Positions 14,571 through 29,615 of a DNA stretch of 64,000 nucleotides are shown piece after piece; the stretch's first letter is position 1, and each line of letters begins with the position of its first letter. The position numbers and the translations under genes are program-made. Location of the stretch: NCBI RefSeq assembly GCF_009914755.1, contig NC_060937.1; one strand, written 5' to 3'. The notes under the pieces are model-generated. The model was not told the DNA's origin, did no database searches, and saw nothing but the letters and a program-made list of their open reading frames with translations. The DNA is from the human T2T-CHM13v2.0 reference genome, Homo sapiens.

Positions 14571-14974
14571 TGAGACAGAGTTTTGCTCTGTCATCCAGGC
14601 TGGAGCACAATGGCGCTATCTTGGCTCACTGCAATCTCTGTCTCCGGGGTTCAAGCGGTTCTCCTGCCTCAGCCTCCTGAGTAGCTGGGATTACAGGCAT
14701 GCACCACTATGCCCAGCTTATTTTTGTATTTTTAGTAAAGACGGGGTTTCACCATGTTGGCCAGGCTGGTCATGAACTCCTGACCTCTCAGGTGATCCAC
14801 CCGCCTCGGCCTCCCAAAGTGCTGGGATTACAGGCGTGAGCCACCACGCCCAGCCAAAACTCCCATTTTTTAAAACCATCAGATCTCCTCATTCACTATC
14901 ATGAGAACGTGTGGGAATTGTGGGAGTTACAATTCAAGATGGGTTTTGGGTGGAGACACACCCAAACGGTATAA
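14343..14974 (-). mobile_element. THE1 (THE1C/D-like) MaLR solo LTR split by an Alu
   Basis: GCTGATAAAGACATACCTGAGACTGGCCAATTTACAAAAGAAAGAGGTTTAA...GGGAATTGTGGGAGTTACAATTCAAGATG; sequence resumes after the Alu. Confidence 0.88.
14547..14855 (-). mobile_element. Full-length AluSx-type inserted in THE1
   Basis: Dimeric Alu; TSD AAACTCCCATTTTTT at 14531-14545 and 14857-14871. Confidence 0.96.
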
Positions 14975-15299
14975 ATACATTTCCTGAAATTTGCTCTTTG
15001 ATAAAAAGTTAAGAATCAGATTATCTGAGTCAAAAAAAAAAGATATAAACTGGCATTTTAGCTTAGCTACTTATAAAAGTATAGATTAATTTAAGAAAAG
15101 CTGAGGGTTTTAAAAAATATTTAGTTTTTTGCACAGAAAAAAGGTATATAAAAACCTGCTCACTTGGGTATTAAAGGTATAAGTGTTAAGTATAAATGTT
15201 TTATTTTCTAATTGGCTACTCATTTATGTACTTTTATTTATATCTTTTTGTATATTAATTTTTCCCAAAACATTCTGAAAGTTTTTGTTATAATACTTT

Positions 15300-16280
15300 T
15301 CTATTGATTTTCACAATTTTTCAACTTCTTCAATCCAAATTTATCAATTAGTAATGATGTTGCTTTTTTCTTTTTAAAGTTTTTACCTATTATGTTTTCT
15401 GCCATATTAATCAGTACTTTAAAAAATTACTAATGGCTTTAATAGGAGACACACACAATTTGTTTCCTTGTTAATGAGAATGCATTGTTTCTCACCATTA
15501 AGCGTAATGTTTATCTGTCTTCATATAGCCATATATATGTTTTATATATGTGTGCATGTGTTCTTTTGTGTACATGGGTTGCATATGTATGTGTAGTTAT
15601 TATGTTAAGACATACCATATTCTTTATTAAACTCATTGAAATTAAGAAATGTTAATATTTTCAAATGCATTTTGGTATCTTTGGAGATAATACTGTGATA
15701 TTTATTTAGTAATATATGATGAAAAATACTAACAAAATTATCCTCACATTGTTGCCATGAATCTCTCTTGGTTACGGACTATCATTTCTAATGGAATGCT
15801 CAATTCAATTTGCTAATATTTTATTTGGTGCTTTTTGGCATAAATTTTCAGGTTTTTAATTGGAATTTAATTACAATGTCATGCTGACTTCATAAACATA
15901 ATTCCAAGATTACCTTTCTCTGCAAATGTTCTGAAACATTTTAATTATCAAGGGAATTATCTGTTCCTGAAGTTTGGATAGGTATTACTCAAAATACTGG
16001 TGAACTCTGGTATCTATTCTGGAATAGGGGAAGTGATGAGAATAAAAAGGTGAGGCCTTTTGTATCTTGGTGATATTCTTTTTATTTATTTTGTCTTTAT
16101 TCAGTAATCTGCTTTGATATCCTGAATCAGTATTTCCTTAGGTGGAGAGAGTTTTCTTATATTGAGTATTCGATTCTTTCTCCAATTTTACTTTTATAAC
16201 TATGCTTACCATTCTGTACTTAGATCTCCAAAACTTATTCATCCTGCCTAACCGAAATTTTGTACACTTTGAAAACTATC
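15300..16280 (-). mobile_element. Degraded old L1M fragments
   Basis: T-rich antisense L1-like motifs (TTCAATTTGCTAATATTTT; GATCTCCAAAACTTATTCATCCTGCCTAAC); boundaries approximate. Confidence 0.55.
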
Positions 16281-16942
16281 TTTTCATTTATTCTTAGCTC
16301 CTCATTTATTCTTTTTCTATTTTCTAGAAACACTGATTTTGTGTACCTGGGGTATACATTTTTATTCCCCCATATATATCCTTTTCTTTCTTATCTCTCA
16401 TTGCCTCTTTGCCCCTTTCCCTTGGATCCTAAGGAAGAGTCCTACATTTTCATTGACATCACTTATTATTCTATAGCTTTAATTCTTTTCTCCGTTGGTT
16501 CTAATGCAGCCTGTAGCATTCCTTTAATATTTTAAGTTTCCTTATAATGCTTTCTTAATTCAGCTCTTTTTCTTGCCCTGTAATCAGTCAGAAAAAGACA
16601 TTTGCTGTATTTTATATTTTCTATTATTTTTTCCATTTTAAAATATTTTACTGTTAACATATTATAAAATATTTTACTCTTAAATATTTTAAAATATTTT
16701 GACACAGTAAAATATTTTACCTGAAATATACATTTATAGTTCTTATAATTATTTTATTCACAGATAAACCTTTTATCTGATGTTTTCTGTTTTCTTATTA
16801 CATTGTTAAACATTTCTGAAATTAACATGTACTATGTATATATGTGTATATACTTATCTTTAAATGAGGTAGGATATACACGTTCTTTTGATATTTCGTA
16901 AACAGAGTATATAAGTTTATCTTGGTTCCCTCTCTATCCATC

Positions 16943-17338
16943 TGTCTCAGCCCATGTTATGCTGCTATAACAGAATACCACAGACTGGGTAATTTATTTA
17001 AAAAACAGAAATTTATTGGCTCATATTTCTGGAAATTCAGAAGACTAAGAGCATGGCACCAGCATGTAGACAGGGATTTCTTCTTTCTTCATCTTATGGC
17101 AGGAAGTGGAAGGTAGAAGTTGAAAGGGCAAGAGAGTGTGTTCACAAGACAGAAGGGAAGGCAGCTAAACTGATTATTTTATCAGGAACCGGCTCCCAAG
17201 ACAATGGCATTAATCTGTACATAAGGCCAGAGCCCTCATGCCTTAATTCTCTCCTAAAGGTCCCACTTCTCACCACTGTAGCATTCGGGACTAAGTTTCT
17301 AACACATGAACTTTGGGAGAAAAATTCACACTATAACC
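16943..17338 (-). mobile_element. MST/MLT1A-type MaLR solo LTR
   Basis: TGCTGCTATAACAGAATACCACAGACTGGGTAATTTAT...AGCCCTCATGCCTTAATTCTCTCCTAAAGGTCCCAC...ACATGAACTTTGGG. Confidence 0.85.
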
Positions 17339-18369
17339 CTGTCTGATTATTGGTAGAGTTCTCAACAGATCTCGGGCAGAAGGCTTTTGAATACATCCAG
17401 CCCTTTATCAATTGTAGATAATTAGAAGTGATACACATCTTTACCAGGCTTAACGCCTTCCTTCTGCCAAGCTTACATTCCTAAACATAAAGCACATCCT
17501 CAGTCACTTGAATTTTTCACCTGCATTGAACTTCTTGGAATTCTAGGCCTCAAATCAATGCAGAATAAAAGGAGATAATGGTAAATTTGAAGAAATAAAA
17601 TGATCATGACCATTTTTAAGTCAGGTCTTTCACAATGGCCATGGCCAATAATGGCGAAGACAAATGGAGATGAATTATAAATAGAGTGAATAAATTAAAA
17701 TGTCACCTACTCTTCTTTCTCCAGAAGGCTTCACTGTTCTATGTGGGCCTCACATCTGCCTTTTTATTAATTAACCTTTCTACTGAAGTTTGGATGATCT
17801 CCAATCAGTATTCTTAGTTTGTGGTATTGTAGAAATATATTTTTGTGTTTTAATGAGTCAACTAAGCATTTGTAAGAAATCAAGTTATAAAAATATATTA
17901 AGCATTCATTTTTTGACCAAACATTTATTGCATAAAATAAGTAGATATAGTGAAAATTCTCCTTGATGGTGAAGAGGTATCACCGTAAAAAATCATTATC
18001 ATCTTGCAATACATCAGTAAACAAAGAGTTTTTGATATATATAGGACTTATTTTGCTGAGCGTAGCTATGCTCTCTGTATTTTGTTTCTTGGCCCTTCTT
18101 GTCAAGTTGTCAGCAATCACTTCACACTACTGAAAATATAACTGCCTTTAGCAGTTCCCTCCTTGCTTCTTACCTTATACTTTGAAGCAGAAGCAGAAAA
18201 TTACTTTGGCTGAGAGTCAGAGCTAACCTGAATGTTGTATTAAGTGCAGGTCATAAGTCTCTGAAAATGTACTGGGGGCTTTATTTATTCCTAACTTTTA
18301 TACTTACAAACCATTGTCCGTAATTTTATATATTGCTTCATATCTCTTGTATTCCACACGAATGGAAGG

Positions 18370-18870
18370 TACTGCATCTTATTTATCCTTCACTTCCAAG
18401 TTCCTACCAAAGTGCCTGACATATGGTAGGTACTTAGTGAAAATTGAATGAAACCAAATTACTGATTATATATTCTCCCTTGGATATCTCACGTGCATCT
18501 AAAACTTAGTACGTGGAAAACTGAACTCATTATCCTTCTTCCATGCTCAACATTGTCTTTTCCTTCCTATGTTTCTTATTTTGATGAATAGCCCGTATTC
18601 TCAACCAGTCACCTGGGCCAAGAGCTTTGGAGCCAACCTGACTTTCTATTTTCCCCTCACAACTAATTGATAACCAACTCTTGTCTATTCTCCCCACCCA
18701 AAAAGAGCAGTTTAATCCATGACCACCTCCCCACTCTCACTGTACTGCCTTGGTTACGACCCCCAAAATTCTTAGTCTGGAATGTAGTATCTCCTAATAG
18801 TCCTATCCATTCCAATTCACTTTCCAGATTCCTGACAAAAATGATTTTTCTGAAGAGAAATCTGATCATT
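18370..18870 (+). mobile_element. L2 fragments
   Basis: GTGCCTGACATATGGTAGGTACTTAG...TGAATGAA 3' end; TTGGATATCTCAC...AAAACTGAACTCATTATC. Confidence 0.6.
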
Positions 18871-18909
18871 AAATTTAGCTAATCGATTGCAAAATTTAGT
18901 TCTCCATGT

Positions 18910-19865
18910 CAGAGATGAGAATTTGGGAAAGAGAAGTCAGCAAGACTTCACAAAGAAGAGTAACAGAGATCAGAAAACTATCCACAGAGAGAGCTTCAGA
19001 GATTTTCAGGGGATGTACAGATTTATTGAATCTTCCAATTAATACTGATCAACACAAGTATGTGAGGAAACGATCAAGGGCAGGGTACAAACCACTAGAA
19101 AGGGAAGGCAGAAAAATCTCCAGAATTCACATAGCATCATAAGTAGTTTGTGTTTCCACTAGCCAGAGTCAAAAAACCTTGAATCAGTTAGAATACTCAG
19201 AAGCGTATTGTCTCACTACTGTGGAAAAAATTCTCCCTAGACTAAAAGGTGCTCTGGTCTTACCAAGCAAAGCTTAAAAGCAAACTTCAACGCAAGCAAA
19301 TTATTCCTAAGTAACTTAACTGCATCCCAGAATAAAGCTTAACTATTCGGCACAAAATAAGGTAAAATTCACTATGTCCAGCATTTGATAAGAATATATC
19401 AGGCATACAAACAAGCAGAAAAATATGATACCATATTGAAGAGAAAAAAAATCAAGAGAAACAGACTCACAATGACACGTTGCTAAAATTAGTAGATAAT
19501 GACATTAAAACAGGTATCTATGTTTGAAAAGGTAAAGGAAAGCATCAAATGAGAAACATGGAAGAGAGAGCAAAATGTGAAATCAACTTCTAGAGATTAA
19601 TCAAACAAGGAAACATCATGTCTTAGATGAAAACTGTAGAGATGAAATCAAAAGCAGATTATCAATTGTAGTAAAAAAACAGTGAATGTAATTGTTTAAC
19701 AATAGAAAGCAACTGAAATGAAAAAATAAATATATGGGAAGAGAACATCAGTGGGATAACTTCAGTGGCCTATTATAAGGGTAATTGGATTCCCCAAAGG
19801 ATAGGGGAGAGGAAAGTTTTCAGAAAATAATGTATGAAAGAATAATTACTGAAAAAAATAAATTT
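18910..19865 (+). mobile_element. Old L1M 5'/ORF1-region remnant
   Basis: A-rich sense L1M motifs (AAGGTAAAATTCACTATGTCCAGCAT, CAGTGGGATAACTTCAGTGGCCTA, GTAATTGGATTCCCC). Confidence 0.65.
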
Positions 19866-21759
19866 AGTAAATTGAGCTCTCCTCAGCCTAATGAGTGTCC
19901 AAAGTCTCTTATTTTCTTGGACTTTATATTGACCTGAACATTGCTTTGAGACAAGTCTACATAAAAAAATAAATAAATAAAATGAGGCAGAGGTAAAGAA
20001 AAGGAAACCTTCTCTTGGTCAATCAAGGTGAGATGGCTGAAAAGAATGCTAAATCCTCATCACAGGTGATGGAGTGAATGGTCACCTTGGTCCAGAGTGA
20101 GAAGACAGTGAGCCTCAGGATGGTTCTAACACAGGATCACCCACTCATCTGGCTGCAGTCCCTGTAATTCAGACCCATTTTTAGGGCTCTTCCCCCCATC
20201 CCAAGTCAGCTTCCTGTTTTCTCTTATACTCCTCCTTTCTCAGATTTTCTTAGTCTCTCTCTAAGCTCTACAGAAGTGTCTTCTTTGTTGTTTCCTTATA
20301 TATTTTATATCTACCTATGAATTACCATCCCCTGAATGTTAAGGCTTCTATGAAAGATAATGCAATAATGTTTGTAATCTAGTTATTTATCAGGGGCCAC
20401 CACTCTTGTCTGTGTTTAGCACAAAGAACAAGGGGCAGAGTACTCGTCAACTCAGGGGAAGGAGGAGACAGCAGAGAAAGCATTCATGAAAAAAGGTTTA
20501 CATCTCAGCAATTTCTAGGCACAAAAGACTTATGAAATTCTAACATTTTATTTTGACACATTTGTTTTTTAGTCTTTTGTTAGATACAAATACAGATTTT
20601 GAAAAATCATTTTATAATAATTATAGTATTTGGCAATATGTTTACACCATATAAATTCTACGTATAAATAGGTGGAGAGGTAGTCATAATATTGAGGGGG
20701 GCATGTTGCATAGTATCTTGCACCATAGCTCACTGTCTTTTACATAATATCCTTTAGTAAGTTCAGTAAACATTTTTAGTAAAGGGCTCAGAAATTATGA
20801 TAGAGTAATACCAGTCACAGAATCAAGAAAGTCATCTAGTTTTATCTACAAAAGATTTTAGAAATAATCTTGTAACATACCCACTAAATTCAATGATGAA
20901 CATTAGATCACTTTTTATCCATTATAATCTTATTTTCTCTCATAATGCTGTCCTTTAAAGAATAGATTCTATTGTAAAAGCTTCTAAAAAACTATCAAAT
21001 CTTCCTTTGTTCCATTCCAGCTAAGCTGTGTTTCCCACCTGTTCTGTACTTGCTAAAAATAAAATGAAAAAATAAAATGACTATCTAAAGTGGTTTTACA
21101 AAAGACTGTATCATAGATACTGTGAAATCCTTCCTGATTTAAATCCTTTGAGTGGCTGGATATCTTGAAATGGCAAATGAATTGGTCACAGAACAGTGTA
21201 CTACTCAAGGTTTGTTCATGGAGTCTTATTTATCACAGTGATCTGTGGTCATAATAAGATAATCTATATAGTGCTCATTTTTCTTTTAGGTGGTCTGGGC
21301 ATTCTTAAACCATTTATTCAAACATTATCTTTTCAATTCTACCTTATAATTTTTATTTCTAAAGCTAAGTGAGCAAAAACCAGGTATCTGTACATGGGTA
21401 GGGGTTTTCTAGGATATGGTAAAATGCAGGAGACATTGAAAAGCAAATGGGTGCAGATGAATTGAAAACTCTTCCCTCCCCACATCGAAGCCCAGCTGAA
21501 GGTTAGCATTTGAACAGAAAACATCTTCATAGACATGAATGGGAAAAGTTAATGCTCAGAGTCCAGAAGTAAAATGCAACCACTCCTACTCACTGCTTCT
21601 AGAAATTACTTTATAAGTGATCCTGAGGATTTTTTTTTTTCTCTCTCTCTCTCTCTCACTCTCTCTCACTCTCCCTTCTCCCTCTCCTAATTCTGGCTGA
21701 AATTGGCACCTAAGTCAAATGTAGCTAAGCAAAGAAACTAGAGTCTCAGTATGAGACAG

Positions 21760-23230
<1,471 letters not shown>

Positions 23231-24615
23231 GCTTATTTGAGGATATTTAATTCAGTCTGGAGAGTTTTATTGCAGTTTATTTTACTTCCCAATTGGTTTG
23301 AGGGGAAGAATTTCTTCAGCTGAAATGTTTTGACTCATATTTTCTGTTCCTACAGTAGCTTTTATATTGTAGTTTTTGTAGTTATGTTTTTTATTCTGTT
23401 CCCAGGTATCATAGAAATGGAGTTCCTAGTTCAAGAGTATCCTTTTCTATAAATAAAGTAAAATGCATTTATTTAATAAGAGATGTTGGCACTTTGGGCA
23501 GAAAGGGAGTGGTAGGCATGTGATACTTCTCTTTCATCTGGACATATTCCTTAATTTTACCTTATTTTTTTCCTTTCTGTGCCATGACTCCTGATCAATC
23601 AGATAGACAGCTGAAATTATTCTCAGATCTGAAATTTTTTCTTATTTCTGTTACCAGATTTGTAGCTCTTCAAAGCATGTTTAACCTGTACACATAGTCT
23701 CATTTTCACTGCTGGTGTTGACAGAAAAAAAAATATTTCAAAAATAGAAGCTAGGGATTGTAATATAATGTAGGTATATAATGGCAATGACACTATTTCT
23801 GGTTTTCCTCTGCTTTGGGTCTACCTGAACAGTAGTGTGCACTTGCTGTGAATGGTAGGGCCCACCTACATTAGGTTGGTGATTTATTGTTGAAGTAAAA
23901 AAAACTAGTGAAATTTTACTGAGTAGACTCTTGATCAGCAGGATAGCAGATGTCTCCCAGAGTATTTTCCTTCTCAAATTTACAGGGCTTCTACCTTTCA
24001 TAAAAATCCATCCTCACCTGTGACTCATCTTTGGATATAGCCTCCTCTTGGCGGTCTTTGGGAATGCCTCAAAGCAGAATTAATCCTACCGTACTCAGTG
24101 TTCCCTCGACTCTTCTTCCATTACATGGTAGTCCATTGGTGTCTCAACAGGTCTGTATATTATTAGACTGTGAGCTCCCTGCTCCCTCAACCAGATAGAG
24201 ATTGAAGAGGACGCCATCTCTGTCTACTAAATCGTGTGAGGCCGTTACAAATGGCCGACATTTGTAGGCCACTACATCTGGGCTACTACTCAAACACTTA
24301 TGTTTTACCCAGCCCTTGAGTTTGCAAAGTGTGTTGAGTCAAATTTGTAGTTAGACAGTTTAGCCGAGGGGAGCTTAAATGTTCCATGTAGAGCAGTGGG
24401 AGAAATATGTTATTGTTATTGTTGTTGTTCCTGAAATAGAAGAAACAGAGGAGAGAGAAAAGAAGTGAAGAATAAACGAAAAGAGAAGTAGAAATGCAGT
24501 CTGCAACAGATGACAGGAGACTGAAGCTAGAATCCAGACCAGGCCAAGGGACTTTATGATTTTAAGGAGGTTGGCTAACGCACAACTTTAGGTATTTGCA
24601 GTGCTACAACGGTCA

Positions 24616-25554
<939 letters not shown>

Positions 25555-25984
25555 CACACACACACACATAGCATATGTAAGAATTTTGTTTTTATGAACA
25601 CTAAGGAAAATGCTGTGTTTGTTACATGACTGGCCAAAATAATTAGCAAAAGAAACCTACACATGGAACAGCTGCATAATTTTGAAACTAAGTTAAATCA
25701 GAGGAAGCATGGGGGTAGGTAGGAGGAGGATTACTACAAAATTATAAGCCTACTGATAATTTGTTAAAATCCTGAGGAGGATTTTTAAGAAAGTGTGCAT
25801 TGAAAGCTTGAAGCAATCTCATCTAGTGTTTAAGAAGAAGGATTTCCTTGCTGATTTCTACTATGTGTTTTTATTCATACACAGGCACATTACCTAACAG
25901 GCTATTTACTTAGATAAGAGGTGAGCTCAAGGTAAATACCTGTACCTTTGCTGCTAGCTTTAGAAACAAATATCAAATAGGATC

Positions 25985-26340
25985 TATTTTGACACTGCAA
26001 TGGAAACTAGCAAAATTGGAAAACTCCTTAGTAAGTGTTCAACAATAGAGAAATGACTAAACAAATTAGAGTATATTTGCCCTATTTTGTACGTGTCACA
26101 ATCACAAGATTGAAATCTGTCTATATAAGCTGACATGTTAAGTTCCCTAAGACATAATGCCATGTGACAAAAGATATGTTGTCCTACTGTACAACTGTCC
26201 TAGTTATGCAAATGTTCAGGAAACTATGTATTAACAGCAATTGACCCCAGTTGAAGGATTTGATTGGAGGGAAAAAAGGTAGATCTTTACTTTCCTCTTC
26301 CTATCCTTTTATGTCACTCAAAATTTTGTCATGAGAATTA
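25985..26340 (+). mobile_element. Degraded L1ME-type 3' fragment
   Basis: GCAAAATTGGAAAAC...CAACAATAGAGAAATGACTAAACAAATTA motif. Confidence 0.5.
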
Positions 26341-26783
26341 ATATATATGCATGAAATATTGTAATATATTAATATATAAATCAATACATGTACACTATAA
26401 AACAGAACATCTGTTTTTGGAACATGGTTAGCTGAGCTAATGCAAAATGCTTTCTGTTACAATTAACATGGTGGAGAATTATAAAAATTGTGCATAGTGC
26501 TGGGAGTTCTTGGAAAAGAAATGGAGATGGAAACCCACAGATACTGTAAAAAAAAAAATGGAAGGAGGTGAGATTGCATGAAAAATGAGAACCATATAAG
26601 GTAAACTTTGTTGGACTAATGACTCAGTCATAGGCTCTCAATAATATAGGTTTGGGAGTCCCTTTTTACTCAACTTTATTGTAGTAGAATTTCAGAAGGT
26701 GACATTCACTAATTCTACTTGCACAATTCAACATGTTTTGATAAAAGCATAGTTACATAGGCCCTACTACATTCAAACTTTAA

Positions 26784-27045
<262 letters not shown>

Positions 27046-28592
27046 TGGGAATCTTTAAATGAATTTTTGTCCTAGTAGTTTTGTGTTTTCTATAATTTAA
27101 TATAAATGTAATCATGCTTGAAGAAGCTTTTTAAATCTAACTTTTTTACTTAGCATAATGCATTTTAAAGTAAGTCTTGACTTTATATGTATTACGTTTT
27201 CCTTGACAAAAACCTAGAAAAGAGTTGCTCAGTCATACAATAAGTGCATGTATGAATTTATAACATAAAGTGCTAATCTGTTTTCCAAAGTGGCTATAAT
27301 AGTTTACATTCTCATCAAAAACATATGAGAGTTTGATTGTTCATCCTTACCAGAACATGGTTTTGTTATCTTATCTTTATTTTTATATTAAATGTTGCAA
27401 TAAATGATATTTCCTTGTGGTTTTAATTTGCATTCCCCTGATGATTAATAATTTTGATCATTTTTTTATTTGTCATCGCTATCATTGGTTTTTGGTGAAG
27501 TGTCTTTTCAAATATTTTACCTAATTTTTTTAACCAAATTGTTTGGCTTCTTAATATTGAGTTGTAAGAATTCTTAGTATATTCTGGATACAAATTCCTT
27601 TTCTGATATATGATTTGCAAATATTTTCTCCCATTCTGTGGATTATCTTTTAATTTTCTTAATGCTGATTTTTAAGACCAGAGTTCTTAATTTTCATAAA
27701 GTCCAATATTTCTAATTTTTATTTTTATTATTTATCCTGTTTTCTCACCTTATCTAAGAAATCTTTTCCTAACCATGTTCATAAAGATTTTCTCAAATAC
27801 TTTCTGCTAGAAGTTCTAGAGTTGTACATGTTACATTCAGGCCTCTGATCTATTTCAACTGAATATTTTTATAACAAGAAAGCTGAGGATCAACACTCAT
27901 CTTTTTTCATATGATCACCAAGTTACTCAAGCATCGTTTGTAAAAAAGTCTCTTCTTTCACCATTGAAAATCAATCATTGTAGAATACTAGCTGACTATA
28001 TATGTGTGGATCTATGTTTAGACTCTATATTCTGTTCCATTGATCTAAGTCTTACTTTACCTCAATGCAACCCTATCTTTCTTACTATAGCTTTATAGTG
28101 TGACTTTAAATCAAACCATATGAATCCTCCACGTTTGTTCTTTAAAATAGTGTTTTAATTATTCTCAAGGTTTGCATTTTCATATAAGTTTTAGAATCAG
28201 CTTGTCAATTCAACAAAAATACCTGATGGGATTTTGATAGGGATTGAATTGAATTTATAAATAAATTTGGGTAGAACTGAGATTTAAATAATATTTAGTC
28301 TTTTATTCCATAAACATAGTATATCCCTCCATTGCTTTATTTGCTTTATTTTTATGTTGACTTTTTTATCAATGATTTTTAATTTCCAGTACACAAATCT
28401 TGCTTATATTTTACTAGATCTATTCTGAATAATTTAATGTTTTTGATGTATTGCAAATGGTATTATGTTTTTTAATTTCAATTTTCAGTTTTTAGCTCAT
28501 ATACAAGGGTGTGATTTTATATATATGTAAACATATACATCTATCTGTAAACATATATGTAAATATCTAAACATATATATGTAAATATATAT

Positions 28593-28596
<4 letters not shown>

Positions 28597-28638
<42 letters not shown>
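28597..28638. repeat. (GT)21 microsatellite
   Basis: Directly visible perfect array. Confidence 0.97.
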
Positions 28639-28643
<5 letters not shown>

Positions 28644-29499
28644 AACCTGGCATTCTATGACCTTGGAAATTTCACGTTTAAATCAGTTTAGCTTTTCTGT
28701 AGCCTTTTTGAGATTTTCTAAATAGCTAACATCTGTTAATAAAGACAGTTTTGTTTTTCCCAGACTGCATGCATCTATCTTTTCTTCTTCCCTTATTATT
28801 TTCACTAAGACCTCAGCCTAATGTTGGATATAAATTGTTAGAACAGACATCCTTACCTTGTTTTCAACCTTAGGGGATATTCCTCAGTCTTTCACAATTT
28901 GCTATTATATTCACCGTAGGTTTTGTCAACTTAAAAGTGTTCCTTATCTTTCTGATTTGCTAAGATCTTTATAACTATAACTAACAAATGTTGAATTTTA
29001 TCAAGTGCATTTCTGCATGTATTGAGATCCTCCAGGTGCTTTGATGTCAGTGCTCCTGTTTCAGGGCCAGGCAATGAGATTTGCATGTGTTTTCATACAA
29101 AAAGCTGAATCTAAGTTGCCTACATAGGCTCAGGAATAAATACAGCACCCTCGGTTGACAGGAACTAGAAAATTCCTCCTCTCCGGTTGAAGACATGACA
29201 AGGAATCTTGGTTCTGCTCTGATTCTGGACACCAAGAAAATCTCATGAGATAATCAAACCTCAAGCAGAGTTTGAACTCTAATCTGAAATACAATTATAA
29301 CAATAGAGTTCCAGAGTTCAGACATTAACATAAAAATTGTTTTGAGTACATTATAGAATCAAAGGCTAAATATTCTGAAGAGACATTTCTGCCATAAAGG
29401 CCACATGGTATCTTTAATTGAGAATAATGGAAGCTAACTCTTCTGAACTCTTCTTACTGTATTGAAATTTAAGTAGAATATATGATAGAATATATATAT

Positions 29500-29615
29500 T
29501 TTTCATTCATTCAACAAATATTTATTGAATGTGTCTGTTAGGGGTCCAGGCATTTTTCAGACTCTAATATGATGAAAGGAAAACATGACAAATCATGTCT
29601 TGTTCCAAGGGGAGA
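29500..29615 (-). mobile_element. L2 3' end
   Basis: TTCATTCATTCAACAAATATTTATTGAATG. Confidence 0.65.

Noticed and set aside
19870-20240. Possible ancient LTR (also about 2650-3120, 7900-8200 and 51030-51290)
   Set aside because: The composition is suggestive, but I could not match any consensus with confidence.
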